Shown here piece by piece: positions 45,757-58,887 of a DNA stretch of 64,000 nt. The notes below the pieces were generated by a model that did no database searches, was not told the origin of the DNA, and worked only from the letters and a program-made list of their open reading frames with translations. A program made the position numbers and the translations under genes. Position 1 is the stretch's first letter, and the number at the start of each line of letters is the position of its first letter. The stretch covers positions 8,733 through 72,732 of the forward strand of contig JBEGVZ010000037.1 in NCBI GenBank assembly GCA_041178085.1, written 5' to 3'. This stretch comes from Pseudomonadota bacterium. Its GTDB lineage: Bacteria; Bdellovibrionota_B; Oligoflexia; Oligoflexales; RGVZ01.

Positions 45757-46791
45757 ATGGCAAAACGATCCGAAAAAGACACGGTTGGGACCTTGATATT
45801 GGTCTTGGCTGTTTCAATGGGGGTTGTCTTGGCTGGCGCTGCGAAAATGTTCAAACCCGGGGATACGGTGTTCAAGGCCGGCGACCAGCCGGATGGAATG
45901 TACATCGTACGCAAGGGCGAGCTCCAAGTCGTCCTGGAGAGAGACGGGAAACAGGTGGTCCTGGCCACGATCAACGAAGGTGGCATCGTCGGCGAAATGG
46001 CCCTCTTCGATAAACAGACCAGATCCGCCACCGTGAAAGCCAGCAAGCCCTCCGAAGTGACCCAGATTACCATGGCTGATTTCGAGGGGTTGCTTAAGCA
46101 AATCCCCAAATGGTTTGTGACCTTGATGGGCGCGCTGTCAAACCGGCTCCGCCAGACCAACGAACGTCTGCAGAAAGCCGAAGCAGGCGGCGGCAAACCG
46201 ATGCAAAGCGCCCTTCGCATGATTGCCGTCACCGATCTGGCATGGGCAAAGCATGGCGAAAAAGACGAAAAAGGCAAAATAGTGATCACCAAATCAGTGC
46301 TGGAAAAAGTGCTGATGGAGACCTTGCAGGAACCGCAACCCCGGGTTGAAGCGTTCCTCAAGATCATGGCCGACGGCGAGATCCTTGTGAAAGCGAGCGA
46401 CAGCCGGAAGATGCCCGCATGGGGCATGCCCAACCGCTCGTTCGTGCTCCAATTCCCGCAGTTTGTCGCCGAGTTTGAGCGGGCGAAACCAACGGTCCGC
46501 TGCCTGGACGAGAAAATGCTGAAAGTCCTTCAGATCGCGGGATCCTTGGCCCAAAAGAGCCCCTATGATCCAGCAACCGTCCCCTTCTCACAGATCGCCG
46601 CTGAATTGAAGATCGAGCCTGCGGACATGCCAAACTGGAAAGCTGGGCTCGAGGCATTCAAATTTACAGGCAAAACCTGTGAATTGACCCGCACCAGCGA
46701 TGGCGAGGCAATCAAGATCACCAAGGCGGAAACCGCGCGGCTGGTGAAGTTCCACCAGCTCATGACGGCGTTCGTCAACCAGAGCTTCTGA
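45757..46791 (+). CDS. cyclic-nucleotide-binding domain protein with uncharacterised C-terminal half
   Basis: N-terminal hydrophobic segment. cNMP-binding fold FKPGDTVFKAGDQPDGMYIVRKGELQV...GGIVGEMALFDKQTRSATVKA. The last ~200 aa have no recognisable domain. Confidence 0.7.
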   Translation: MAKRSEKDTVGTLILVLAVSMGVVLAGAAKMFKPGDTVFKAGDQPDGMYIVRKGELQVVLERDGKQVVLATINEGGIVGEMALFDKQTRSATVKASKPSEVTQITMADFEGLLKQIPKWFVTLMGALSNRLRQTNERLQKAEAGGGKPMQSALRMIAVTDLAWAKHGEKDEKGKIVITKSVLEKVLMETLQEPQPRVEAFLKIMADGEILVKASDSRKMPAWGMPNRSFVLQFPQFVAEFERAKPTVRCLDEKMLKVLQIAGSLAQKSPYDPATVPFSQIAAELKIEPADMPNWKAGLEAFKFTGKTCELTRTSDGEAIKITKAETARLVKFHQLMTAFVNQSF

Positions 46792-47060
46792 GCCAGACCG
46801 GCGCAAAAGCACGTTGAAAATGACGAAAACGTCATTAAATCAAAGTATTTAGAGGTAAAATCGCCGTCTACTGGCCGAGTTTGAACTTCAGCCAGATCGC
46901 TCCCGCCAGACACACGGCAAGGGTCACGATTTGCTGGATCAAACGCCTCCGCCAGCGGATGAATTTCCCTGATTTCGCTGCGTTGACACTCATACCCAAT
47001 ATTGTTAGGTTCCGCCGGCCTTGAAGGCAACCAGATTCCATAAACGGAGATACGCCCATA

Positions 47061-48347
47061 ATGAAAGCCACCGTTGAAACGCTCAACTCGGTGCAACGCC
47101 GCATCCAAGTCGAACTCCCGGCTGACGCCGTGAACAGCGCCTTTGAGGACGCTTACCGCCGCATCCAGAAGAAGGCCCACCTGCAAGGCTTCCGCCCCGG
47201 CAAGGCCCCGATCAACCTGATCAAAAAGTTCTACGGCGGCTCCGTCGCCAGCGAAGTTGGCGAAAAGCTGGTCAATCAGAACATTTTCAAAGTCATCAGC
47301 GAGAACAAGATCAACATGGTGGCCGCCCCGGTCCTTGAGAAGGCCGACCTGCCGGCAAATGACAAGGAATTCCACTTCACGGTGGTGGTCGACGTCATGC
47401 CTGACATCAGCCTGCCGGACTACAAGGGCCTGGAAGTCAGTGTCGATTCTTATGCCGTGACCAACGAGGCCATCGACAAGCAAGTCGAGGATCTGCGCAA
47501 GCGCTCGGCGAAGAAAAAGCCGCTCGGCAATGAGGTTGCTGCCTCGAAAGGCCATGCCGTCAAGATGAAGCTCAAGGCGTTCCGCGAAGACGGTACGGAA
47601 ATCCAGGGTCTGCCTGCAGACGAAATCGACACCGTCCTTGGCGAAAGCCAGCTGGTTGCGGAGCTTGAGCAGTCACTCCACGGCATGAAGGCCGGCGAGA
47701 CCCGCGAAACCACCGTACGCCTGCCGGAAAATTTTGCTGACAAGCAAATGGCAGGCAAAGCCCTGAAGTACGAGATCAACGTGACTGAAGTCGCCGAGCT
47801 CCAGCTGCCCGCGGCAGACGACGAACTGGCCAAGGACTTTGACTTCGAAAGCATGACCAAGCTGAAGGAAAACATCCGCGAGCGCATGACCTCGCAGATG
47901 AACCAGCAGCGCCGCAGCGCCCTCGAGGAAAAAGTCCTGGAAAAACTTCTGGAAAAGGCGCCTTTCGAAGTCCCGCCGAGCCTTGTTGATGAAGCAATCG
48001 ACGGGATGATCAAGGAGCAGTTTGCGGGACTTGAGGGCGCTGAACTGAAAAAAGCGATGTTTGACGAGAACCTGCGGAAGGAGCTCCGCCCAACCGCACG
48101 TCGTCGGACCCAGAATAGCCTGCTGCTGGTGCGTATCGCCCAGGAGCAAAAGATTGAAGTGACCAACGACGACGTACGCAACTACATCCAGAAGCAGTAC
48201 GGCGCGGCAGCAAGCCGCACGGACACGAACCTGGATTCACTTGTGAAGTTGCTGGGCGACCGGGTAAAGCAATCGCTGCTGTTCGAAAAGACACTGGACG
48301 TCCTCATCGATGGCGCAAAGGTCAAGGAAGTTCCCGCCAAGGCCTGA
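47061..48347 (+). CDS. tig: trigger factor
   Basis: GGAGA RBS. MKATVETLNSVQRRIQVELPADAVNSAFEDAYRRIQKKAHLQGFRPGKAP is the canonical ribosome-binding N-domain (GFRPGKxP). Confidence 0.95.
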   Translation: MKATVETLNSVQRRIQVELPADAVNSAFEDAYRRIQKKAHLQGFRPGKAPINLIKKFYGGSVASEVGEKLVNQNIFKVISENKINMVAAPVLEKADLPANDKEFHFTVVVDVMPDISLPDYKGLEVSVDSYAVTNEAIDKQVEDLRKRSAKKKPLGNEVAASKGHAVKMKLKAFREDGTEIQGLPADEIDTVLGESQLVAELEQSLHGMKAGETRETTVRLPENFADKQMAGKALKYEINVTEVAELQLPAADDELAKDFDFESMTKLKENIRERMTSQMNQQRRSALEEKVLEKLLEKAPFEVPPSLVDEAIDGMIKEQFAGLEGAELKKAMFDENLRKELRPTARRRTQNSLLLVRIAQEQKIEVTNDDVRNYIQKQYGAAASRTDTNLDSLVKLLGDRVKQSLLFEKTLDVLIDGAKVKEVPAKA

Positions 48348-48373
48348 GCCCGAGCAGTTCAAGAAACATTTAA

Positions 48374-48409
48374 GCCGCCTGCCTTGAAAAAAGGCAGGCG
48401 GTTTTTTTT
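48374..48409 (+). terminator. rho-independent terminator after tig
   Basis: GCCGCCTGCCttgaaaaaaGGCAGGCGGTTTTTTTT. Confidence 0.85.
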
Positions 48410-48484
48410 GGGCATGTTCAACGGCGATGACGGGGCGCTCTTTGCAACAACGAAAGTGTGCTAAGATTTTTTCTCCGGAAGTAA

Positions 48485-50728
<2,244 letters not shown>

Positions 50729-50756
50729 AACAGAAACGATCAATGGTGGAATGATG

Positions 50757-50791
50757 GCGGGGCGTCCAAAGCGGACGTCCCGCTTTTTTTT
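50757..50791 (+). terminator. rho-independent terminator after katG
   Basis: GCGGGGCGTCCaaaGCGGACGTCCCGCTTTTTTTT (one mismatch in the stem). Confidence 0.8.
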
Positions 50792-51236
50792 CAAGCCCAA
50801 GCGCAGCGGCAAAGTCATTCGCCACAGAACGTCTCTCGGGCGATTTTGTCCGTTGCGGACTGATCCCAAATTGGCCTGATTCAGGAACTGAAAATACCCG
50901 GGCCTGCCCGCCCGGATGTTGCCGAGCCTGTCTTTTCAGTTGATGGTTACAACAGGACCTCGTTTACCCGGGTGGAATCAGCCCATTTTTCTCCAACCCC
51001 ATTCAATCTTTCTAACAACCTGAAAACAATGCACTTAGTGGGCACGAACAGATGGATGGCTTTGCCAGGGGAGCTGCCAGAAGCTGCCTCTTTTTTAATC
51101 AAAGCAAGCTCCGCCTAAAGCCGAAGCAAAACGTGACGAATCTTGCTAGGCACCGAAGCTTGTCAGTTCGGGGGTGGTGAATTAATTTAAGGATTCCGAC
51201 CGGTTCTGTTGCGCTCACTCATAACGGGGATCGACC

Positions 51237-51833
51237 ATGCCACTAGTTCCAATAGTCATCGAGCAAACCAATCGCGGCGAACGTTCTTACGACATCTATT
51301 CCCGGCTCCTTAAAGACCGCATCATTTTCCTTGGCACCCCGGTCTTCGATGAAATCGCGAACGTGATCATTGCCCAGTTGCTGTTTCTTGAAAGCTCAGA
51401 CCCAGACAAGGACATTCATTTCTACATTAACTCCCCAGGCGGATCAGTCACCGCTGGACTGGCAATTTACGACACGATGCGCATGGTTCGCCCTGATGTC
51501 CGCACTTATTGCATCGGACAGTGCGCGTCGATGGGCGCATGGTTGTTAGCGGCGGGCGCTAAGGGCAAACGCTATGCCCTTCCGAATTCGCGGATCATGA
51601 TCCACCAGCCACTTGGTGGAGCCACGGGACAAGCGACCGACATCGAGATCCAGGCACAGGAAATCATCAAACTAAAATCGAAAATGACCCAGATCCTTGC
51701 GGACCACACGGGACGACCCACCGCGCAGATCCTTGAGGACATCGACCGGGACTACTTCATGTCCGCGGAAGAAGCGAAGGCTTACGGTATTGTCGACGAA
51801 ATTGTGACGCCGTCCGCCGTAGAAAAAAAATAA
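51237..51833 (+). CDS. clpP: ATP-dependent Clp protease proteolytic subunit
   Basis: [30 protein letters not shown]. Catalytic-Ser context [17 protein letters not shown]. Confidence 0.96.
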   Translation: MPLVPIVIEQTNRGERSYDIYSRLLKDRIIFLGTPVFDEIANVIIAQLLFLESSDPDKDIHFYINSPGGSVTAGLAIYDTMRMVRPDVRTYCIGQCASMGAWLLAAGAKGKRYALPNSRIMIHQPLGGATGQATDIEIQAQEIIKLKSKMTQILADHTGRPTAQILEDIDRDYFMSAEEAKAYGIVDEIVTPSAVEKK

Positions 51834-51880
51834 CAAGTATTCGGTAGCTTTGGAAAACCCCTTCGAGGGAGAAGTTGAAC

Positions 51881-53191
51881 ATGGCAGGCAAGGATTCAGG
51901 ACTCCAGTGCAGTTTCTGCGGCAAAAGCCAGCGCGAGGTGAAGAAGCTCATCGCCGGCCCGAACGTTTACATCTGCGATGAGTGCATCCAGCTGTGCAAC
52001 GACATCATTGCCGAGGAAGTCGAGAAAGATGAACTCCTGAATCCGTCAGGCAAAGTGCCGACGCCCAAGGAGATCAAGAAAATCCTCGATGACTACGTGA
52101 TCGGGCAGGACGCGGCCAAGAAGACCCTGGCTGTCGCGGTGCACAATCACTACAAGCGCCTTGAATCAAACAAGGCCGGCAAGGGTACGGATGAGGTGGA
52201 GCTTTCAAAGTCCAACATCCTGCTCATCGGGCCTACCGGATCCGGGAAGACACTGCTGGCGCAGACGCTTGCCCGTATCCTCAACGTACCATTCACGATT
52301 TCCGATGCCACCAACTTGACCGAGGCCGGTTACGTCGGTGAGGACGTCGAGAATATCATCCTGAACTTGCTGCAGGCGGCCGACTACGACGTCGAACTCG
52401 CCCAGCGCGGCATCGGGTATATCGATGAAATCGATAAGATCGCGCGCAAGGGCGAAAACCCGTCCATCACCCGCGACGTCTCGGGGGAAGGCGTACAACA
52501 AGCGCTCCTGAAGATCATCGAAGGTACGATCGCCAACGTTCCCCCACGGGGCGGACGCAAGCATCCGCAGCAAGAGTTCCTGCAAGTCGACACGACCAAC
52601 ATCCTGTTCGTTTGCGGCGGCGCTTTCGCGGGACTGGAAGAAATCATTGCCTCGCGCATCGAAGTGTCGGCACTCGGATTCGGTGCTCAAATTCACTCCA
52701 AGACACAGCGGGATGTCACCAAGCTGCTGGCGCAAGTCCGCACCGAGGACTTGATGAAGTTCGGTTTGATCCCGGAATTCATCGGTCGTCTGCCGGTCGT
52801 GTGTTCACTCGGAATGCTTGACGAATCAGCCTTGCTGGACATCCTGACCCAGCCGAAGAACGCCATCGTGAAGCAGTTCAAGAAGCTGTTTGGCTTTGAG
52901 AACGTCGAGCTCAAGTTCACTGACGGCGCACTGCGGGCTGTCGTTCAAGAGGCACTCAAGCGCAAAACCGGTGCTCGCGGTCTGCGGGCGATCCTGGAAG
53001 GCGCAATGCTGGAAGTGATGTATGAAATGCCCGGCAATGAAGGCCTGAAGGAAGTCATCATCACCGAGGAAACCATCGTGAGCAGAGGTGAACCTGTGAT
53101 GGTGTACCAGACTGACGCTGAAAAGGCCGCGGCAGCAGCAAAGGAGCAACAGGCTCCCCAGCGCGAGTTCGGCACCGGTCCGGGCAAGTAA
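51881..53191 (+). CDS. clpX: ATP-dependent Clp protease ATP-binding subunit ClpX
   Basis: ATG 51881 with a GAGGGA RBS (track start TTG 51875). Zn-finger CSFCGKSQ...CDEC. Walker [19 protein letters not shown]. Confidence 0.96.
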   Translation: MAGKDSGLQCSFCGKSQREVKKLIAGPNVYICDECIQLCNDIIAEEVEKDELLNPSGKVPTPKEIKKILDDYVIGQDAAKKTLAVAVHNHYKRLESNKAGKGTDEVELSKSNILLIGPTGSGKTLLAQTLARILNVPFTISDATNLTEAGYVGEDVENIILNLLQAADYDVELAQRGIGYIDEIDKIARKGENPSITRDVSGEGVQQALLKIIEGTIANVPPRGGRKHPQQEFLQVDTTNILFVCGGAFAGLEEIIASRIEVSALGFGAQIHSKTQRDVTKLLAQVRTEDLMKFGLIPEFIGRLPVVCSLGMLDESALLDILTQPKNAIVKQFKKLFGFENVELKFTDGALRAVVQEALKRKTGARGLRAILEGAMLEVMYEMPGNEGLKEVIITEETIVSRGEPVMVYQTDAEKAAAAAKEQQAPQREFGTGPGK

Positions 53192-53227
53192 GCGGAAAGC
53201 CCGTCCAGTTAGCAGATTAATTTTTAG

Positions 53228-53265
53228 GCACCGGCGCGGCAACCCCGCGCCGGTGCTTGCTTTTC
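53228..53265 (+). terminator. rho-independent terminator after clpX
   Basis: GCACCGGCGCGGcaacCCCGCGCCGGTGCttgcTTTT. Confidence 0.75.
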
Positions 53266-53447
53266 AGGCAATAAAAACCCCGCCGTTCACGGGTTTCACA
53301 TTTCCTGCAACAACGTCGATGAACTCTGAGAGAGGCCCAGGCGACAGGGGGATGGACAGAAAGGTAGACGGGACGGAAATTTGCCTCTAAGCTGAAATGA
53401 TAACAAGCACTTAACTTGTACAATGCCTTGCCGGCAGGGGGTGACCT

Positions 53448-56102
53448 GTGAGCAGCTCCAAGGACCCTAAGGAACCAGCTGGAACGAAGCCCCCTGAGAA
53501 GACACCAGGCCAGGGCACCACGACTCAGATTCCCTTGCTTCCACTGCGGGACATTCTGGTCTTTCCCTCGACCGTCGTGCCTCTGTTCGTTGGCCGCGAC
53601 AAGTCCATCGCCGCACTCGAACAAGCGATGGCCAGCAACAAGGAAATCCTGCTGGCAGCCCAGATCAAAGCCAAGACCAACGATCCCTCCGCCGAGGACA
53701 TCTACAAAGTCGGGACAGTCAGCACGATCCTGCAACTGCTTCGACTCCCCGACGACACGGTCAAGGTGCTGGTTGAAGGCCAGCGTCGTGCCCGCATCGT
53801 TGATTTCGTGAAGACCGATGAATTCTTCATGGTCGAAGCAGAAGACATGGTTGAGGAGAAAGTACCGAGTGTTGAGTCCGAAGCGCTCATCCGCACGGTC
53901 AAGATGGCTTTTGACAACTACGTCCGTTTGAACAAGCGGATCCCACCGGAACTTCCGCTGTCGCTGGCGCAGATTGATGACGAGAGCAAGCTGGCGGACA
54001 CGCTTGTGGCACACCTGACCAACCTGAAACTCCAGGACAAACAGAGATTGCTTGAAGAGGTGAATCCGCGCGCACGGCTCGAGGAGCTTTACGGCTTCAT
54101 TCAGTCTGAGATCGAGATCATGCGAGTTGAGAAAAAGATTCGCGCCCGCGTGAAGCGCCAGATGGAAAAGACGCAAAAGGAGTACTACCTCAACGAGCAG
54201 ATGGCGGCGATCCAAAAGGAGCTCGGGGACCGCGACGACGGGCGCGCCGAGCTGCAGGAACTGGAAAACCTGATCAAGAAAAAGCAGCTTTCCGAGGAAG
54301 CGCGCGAGAAAGTCACCAAGGAACTGCGCAAGCTGAAAATGATGTCACCGATGTCTGCGGAAGCAACTGTTGTCCGCAACTACATCGATACGGTTCTCTC
54401 CCTGCCTTGGGGCGAGTTCACCACGGAAAAGCGTGACATCAAGTATGCCGAGGATGTTCTCAACAAGGATCACTACGGACTGCGGAAGGTCAAAGACCGC
54501 GTTCTTGAATACCTTTCCGTGCGCGCCCTGAGCACGGGACTGAAAGGTCCGATCCTTTGCCTGGTCGGACCTCCTGGTGTCGGTAAAACATCTCTTGCAC
54601 GCAGTGTGGCGACGTCAACGGGTAGAAACTTTGTGCGGATTTCACTTGGCGGCGTGCGCGACGAAGCAGAGATCCGCGGACACCGCCGGACCTACATCGG
54701 CTCCATGCCCGGCAAGATCATCATGGCCCTGAAAAAGGCTGGATCGGCCAACCCGGTGGTGCTGCTGGACGAAATTGACAAGCTGAGCCAGGACTTCCGC
54801 GGCGACCCCGCATCGGCACTGCTTGAGGTCCTGGACCCAGAGCAGAATCACACGTTCAACGATCACTACCTTGACCTGGACTTCGATTTGTCCAAGTGCC
54901 TGTTTCTTGCCACGGCTAACTCGTTGCATTCGATCCCGAAACCACTCCTTGACCGTATGGAAGTCATTTCGCTCTCCGGATATACGGAAGAAGAAAAGCT
55001 GGCCATTGCCCAGCAGTACCTCGTGCCGAAGGAAATCCGCGAGAACGGACTGGAAAAAAGTCACATCACTTTCCAGCCCAAGGCCCTGAAGGAAATTGTT
55101 TCGTACTATACCCGTGAGGCGGGCGTACGGAATCTGGAACGCGAGATCGGATCCGTGTTGCGCAAGGTGGCCCGCAAGCACTTGAAGAAGGCCGCAGGCG
55201 GGGTCGAGCAAGAGGACGGTGTGGAACTTGAGTCTGCGGAAGCGACAGGATCCGCCGATGAATCGTCATCAAGTTACACTGAGGTTCCGGCGAAAAAAGA
55301 GTCAGGGCAGTCCGGGGAAGCCCCCTCAGAGCCTGTTCCGACCCTTGTCATCACCGAAACGATCACGGAGAAATCCATTGCGAAGTACCTTGGGCCGCGT
55401 CGCTTCCGCGTCGGCATCCAGGGAAGTTCCAACGAAGTCGGCATCTGCACAGGCCTGGCCTGGACAGAAGTCGGCGGCGACTTGCTGGTCACTGAAGTGG
55501 CAATTCTTCCAGGCAAGGGCAAGTTGACCATCACGGGCAAGCTTGGCGAGGTCATGCAAGAATCTGCGCAGGCGGCACTGAGTTACGTGCGCTCGCGGGC
55601 GAGCTTCCTTGACCTGGAGCCGGACTTCTACCAGAAGATCGATATCCACATTCACGTCCCGGAGGGGGCGATCCCAAAGGATGGTCCATCGGCAGGGCTT
55701 TGCATGGCCACCGCGCTGACCAGTGCACTGACCAGGCGTCCGGTCAGCAAGGATGTGGCGATGACTGGAGAGATCACGCTTCGTGGACGCGCCTTGCCGA
55801 TTGGTGGCCTCAAGGAGAAAATCCTTGCTGCGCACCGCGGTGGTATCAAGAAGGTGATCATTCCCAAAGAGAACGAAAAAGACCTCCATGAAATTCCGAA
55901 GCAAATCCTGAAGGAAGTGGAAGTCATCCCGGTTGAGCACATGGACTCCGTCCTGATGCACGCCCTGGCCTGGGACCAGCCGCTGGAAGGCGAAGCCGCC
56001 GCTGGCCACGAACAAGGCAAACCGGACAAGCTGTTCGAGAAGCTGCGTGCGATTGCAGAAAAGACGGCGGCAAACTCGCCTCCGGCCAATCTGGCGCACT
56101 GA
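53448..56102 (+). CDS. lon: ATP-dependent Lon protease (LonA) with extra low-complexity segments
   Basis: GTG start. LON N-domain [13 protein letters not shown]. Walker [10 protein letters not shown]. Protease-domain catalytic-Ser context [15 protein letters not shown]. 884 aa. Confidence 0.95.
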   Translation: MSSSKDPKEPAGTKPPEKTPGQGTTTQIPLLPLRDILVFPSTVVPLFVGRDKSIAALEQAMASNKEILLAAQIKAKTNDPSAEDIYKVGTVSTILQLLRLPDDTVKVLVEGQRRARIVDFVKTDEFFMVEAEDMVEEKVPSVESEALIRTVKMAFDNYVRLNKRIPPELPLSLAQIDDESKLADTLVAHLTNLKLQDKQRLLEEVNPRARLEELYGFIQSEIEIMRVEKKIRARVKRQMEKTQKEYYLNEQMAAIQKELGDRDDGRAELQELENLIKKKQLSEEAREKVTKELRKLKMMSPMSAEATVVRNYIDTVLSLPWGEFTTEKRDIKYAEDVLNKDHYGLRKVKDRVLEYLSVRALSTGLKGPILCLVGPPGVGKTSLARSVATSTGRNFVRISLGGVRDEAEIRGHRRTYIGSMPGKIIMALKKAGSANPVVLLDEIDKLSQDFRGDPASALLEVLDPEQNHTFNDHYLDLDFDLSKCLFLATANSLHSIPKPLLDRMEVISLSGYTEEEKLAIAQQYLVPKEIRENGLEKSHITFQPKALKEIVSYYTREAGVRNLEREIGSVLRKVARKHLKKAAGGVEQEDGVELESAEATGSADESSSSYTEVPAKKESGQSGEAPSEPVPTLVITETITEKSIAKYLGPRRFRVGIQGSSNEVGICTGLAWTEVGGDLLVTEVAILPGKGKLTITGKLGEVMQESAQAALSYVRSRASFLDLEPDFYQKIDIHIHVPEGAIPKDGPSAGLCMATALTSALTRRPVSKDVAMTGEITLRGRALPIGGLKEKILAAHRGGIKKVIIPKENEKDLHEIPKQILKEVEVIPVEHMDSVLMHALAWDQPLEGEAAAGHEQGKPDKLFEKLRAIAEKTAANSPPANLAH

Positions 56103-56139
56103 TCGAATGGCATAAGATTACCGGAACCGGGCCTGGCAG

Positions 56140-56976
56140 ATGCTGAACGGAAAAAATGGATTGATACTTGGAGTGGCCAACGAGTTTTCGTTGGCCGCTT
56201 TCATTGCGGCGAAAGCGCACTCCCTTGGCGCAAGCCTTGCGTTCAACTACCTGCCCGATGCGTCTTCTGGCGGCGCAAAGGCAGAAAAACGGGTGCGGCG
56301 AGTGATCGATCCGCTGGCTCCGCGGATGCTCATGCCTTGTGACCTGACCCGTGACGATTCTGTGGATGCATTTTTTTCCGCGCTCCAAGGGCCAATGCCA
56401 CGCCTTGATTTCGTGGTTCATTCAGTCGCCTGGGCGCCTCTCGCAGACATCCTTTGCCGTACGATCGATGCCAGCCGGGCAGGTTTTCGAGAGGCCATGG
56501 ACATCAGCGTCTACAGCTTCCTGACCACGGTCAAACGAGCTGCCGAACTGATGCCCGAGGGCGGCAGTATCCTGGCCCTCAGTTATTACGGCGGCGAGAA
56601 AGTGGTCGATGGTTACAACCTGATGGGTGTTTGCAAAGCGGCACTGGAAAGCGCCGTACGCTATGCTGCGAGCGAGATGGGTCCGCGTGGAATCCGCGTC
56701 AATGCGATCAGTGCCGGACCGGTCAAAACTCTGAGCGCGAGCGCCGTACATGGCCTTGACGATATGCTACGCCTGCACCGCGAGGTCGCGCCCATGCGCC
56801 GGAATATCACCGGCGAAGACGTAGCTGGCACTGCCTGCTGGCTTGCCTCTGCCAACGCCTCGTCCATCACGGGTGAGGTGATTCACGCAGACTGCGGGTA
56901 CCACGTCATGGGGGGGCCACCAGTCCCCTTGAAAGAAATCGCCTCGGCCACCGCACAATTCCAGAAAGGTATGTGA
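56140..56976 (+). CDS. fabI: enoyl-[acyl-carrier-protein] reductase (NADH), FabI
   Basis: GLILGVANEFSLAAF...SLAFNY. SYYGGEKVVDGYNLMGVCKAALESAVRYAA (Y-x6-K). GIRVNAISAGPVKTLSAS. Colinear with E. coli FabI. Confidence 0.9.
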   Translation: MLNGKNGLILGVANEFSLAAFIAAKAHSLGASLAFNYLPDASSGGAKAEKRVRRVIDPLAPRMLMPCDLTRDDSVDAFFSALQGPMPRLDFVVHSVAWAPLADILCRTIDASRAGFREAMDISVYSFLTTVKRAAELMPEGGSILALSYYGGEKVVDGYNLMGVCKAALESAVRYAASEMGPRGIRVNAISAGPVKTLSASAVHGLDDMLRLHREVAPMRRNITGEDVAGTACWLASANASSITGEVIHADCGYHVMGGPPVPLKEIASATAQFQKGM

Positions 56977-56979
56977 CCC

Positions 56980-58887
56980 ATGTCTGTCATGCGCCTGCTG
57001 ACCCAGAAACGCTTCGGCCCGTTTTTCCTGACCCAGTGTTCAGGCGCCTTCAACGACAACGTGTTCAAGAACGCCATGGTGATCATGCTGACCTACAAGT
57101 CAGCATCGGAGTCTGAAGGCGGATTGATGGTGAATGCGGCAGCGGGCCTGTTCATCCTCCCCTTCTTCCTGTTCTCGCCGATTGCAGGTCGCATTGCGGA
57201 CAAGTTCGACAAGGGCAGGATCATGCGCGTGGTCAAGGTTTCCGAGATCGCCATCATGATGCTCGGGAGCGCAGGGTTTTTTCTCAGTTCGATCCCGATT
57301 CTGTTCACTTCTCTTTTCTTGATGGGTGTTCACTCGACCTTCTTCGGCCCGGTGAAGTATTCCATCCTGCCTCAACATCTGCGTGACGACGAACTGATGG
57401 CGGGCAACGCCCTGGTTGAGATGGGCACCTTCCTTTCCATCCTGACCGGTACGCTGCTGGGTGGCACACTGGCAGCAAAACTGGCGGATAGTGCCGGACA
57501 TAATCACGGAGCCGCAATCACAGCAGCGTGGGTCATGGGGATTGCGATCGCAGGGTGGTTGTTTTCGCTCTTTGTCCCGAAAGCGCCCGCGGCGGATCCG
57601 GACCTGCCTTTGCGCTTTGACTTCATCCGCGATACCCGCGAACTGATCCAGATCTGCAAGCAGCGGGAAGGTATCTGGAACGCCGTAATGGGAATTTCAT
57701 GGTTCTGGTACTTTGGCGGCACGTTCCTGGCCCAGCTACCCTCTTTCGCCAAACATACGCTTGGCAGCAATGACCCGGCCCTTACGACCGTGATGCTGGC
57801 TACATTTTCCGTCAGTGTGGGCATTGGCTCGCTCCTGTCAGAAAGGCTCTCCCGGGGGGATATTGAGCTTGGCATGATTCCCCTCGGTGCCCTTGGCATG
57901 TCGATTTTTGCGGCTGATTTGTGGTTGCTTGATCCAGCCTCTGCCGCCAAGGCGAAGATCGCCTGGGAATTCGTGGGACTGAACGGGGTCGATGTGCCCT
58001 GGCGAGTCCTGTTTGACATCGGAATGTGCGGGATCAGTGGCAGCCTGTTCATCGTCCCACTCTATGCCTACATCCAGCACCGGTCTGAAGCACGCACCCG
58101 GTCACGCTTGATTGCAGCCAATAACCTGTTCAATGCTGTGTTCATGGTGGCATCCGCCCTGTTCACAATAATGTTCTATAAACTCGGCTTGAACACGGCA
58201 GAAATCCTGCTGGTCTCTGCCATCATGAACTTGCTCGTGAGCGGGTGGATCATCGCACTGATTCCAGAATTCTTGATGCGCTTTGTTGTCTGGATTCTTG
58301 CTTCGACGATCTACCGGATCCACTACAAGGGACGGGACCTGATTCCCTCCTCGGGTGCGGCTCTGGTTGTTGCCAACCACGTTTCGTTCATTGACTGGTT
58401 TATCCTGGCTGCTGCCTGCCGCCGCCCCGTCCGGTTTGTGATGGATCACCACTTCTTCATGGTTCCGGGCATCAAAATCTTTGCAGAAGCGGCCAAAGCA
58501 ATCCCAATCGCACCTGCCAAGGAAGACGCCGCCTTGAAAGAGAAAAGCTTCGAACTGATTTCTGCTGCGCTGCGCGAAGGTCACATCGTATGTATTTTTC
58601 CTGAGGGAGGGATCACCAGAGACGGCAAGCTACTGCCCTTCAGACCTGGTGTTGACCGCATCCTTCGCACTGACCCCGTACCTGTTTATACGATTTCATT
58701 AAACGGCCTTTGGGGCAGTTTCTTCTCACGCAAGGGTGGGCGGGCCATGAGCCGACTACCGCGCCCCTCATGGCGTGTCATCGATGTGGAGATCCGGAAA
58801 TTCGAGGGCAAGGCTGGCCAAAGCGGCGAAAGCTCCTGGGCGGGAGCCCTGCAAAAGCAGATCAGCGAAATGGTTGAACCGGTCTGA
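56980..58887 (+). CDS. fusion protein: LplT-like MFS lysophospholipid transporter + PlsC-type acyltransferase
   Basis: N-terminus FGPFFLTQCSGAFNDNVFKNA with ~12 TM segments (LplT-like). C-terminal acyltransferase motifs VVANHVSFIDWF (HX4D) and FPEGGITRDG. No AMP-binding domain. Confidence 0.8.
   Translation: MSVMRLLTQKRFGPFFLTQCSGAFNDNVFKNAMVIMLTYKSASESEGGLMVNAAAGLFILPFFLFSPIAGRIADKFDKGRIMRVVKVSEIAIMMLGSAGFFLSSIPILFTSLFLMGVHSTFFGPVKYSILPQHLRDDELMAGNALVEMGTFLSILTGTLLGGTLAAKLADSAGHNHGAAITAAWVMGIAIAGWLFSLFVPKAPAADPDLPLRFDFIRDTRELIQICKQREGIWNAVMGISWFWYFGGTFLAQLPSFAKHTLGSNDPALTTVMLATFSVSVGIGSLLSERLSRGDIELGMIPLGALGMSIFAADLWLLDPASAAKAKIAWEFVGLNGVDVPWRVLFDIGMCGISGSLFIVPLYAYIQHRSEARTRSRLIAANNLFNAVFMVASALFTIMFYKLGLNTAEILLVSAIMNLLVSGWIIALIPEFLMRFVVWILASTIYRIHYKGRDLIPSSGAALVVANHVSFIDWFILAAACRRPVRFVMDHHFFMVPGIKIFAEAAKAIPIAPAKEDAALKEKSFELISAALREGHIVCIFPEGGITRDGKLLPFRPGVDRILRTDPVPVYTISLNGLWGSFFSRKGGRAMSRLPRPSWRVIDVEIRKFEGKAGQSGESSWAGALQKQISEMVEPV

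Noticed and set aside
46868-47104. A 78-aa minus-strand ORF in the cNMP-tig intergenic region. An internal start would give a 41-aa peptide with one TM-like helix (MSVNAAKSGKFIRWRRRLIQQIVTLAVCLAGAIWLKFKLGQ).
   Set aside because: It has no convincing RBS, its 5' part overlaps the tig start, and it cannot be supported without conservation or ribosome-profiling data. It remains a possible small membrane protein but is not reported as a feature.
53266-53447. A second weak hairpin (aaaaaccccgccgttcacgggtttc) and possible heat-shock promoter elements upstream of lon.
   Set aside because: The stem has only about 4 clean base pairs plus mismatches. No sequence matches the sigma32 consensus (CTTGAAA-N13-15-CCCCATNT) at acceptable spacing.
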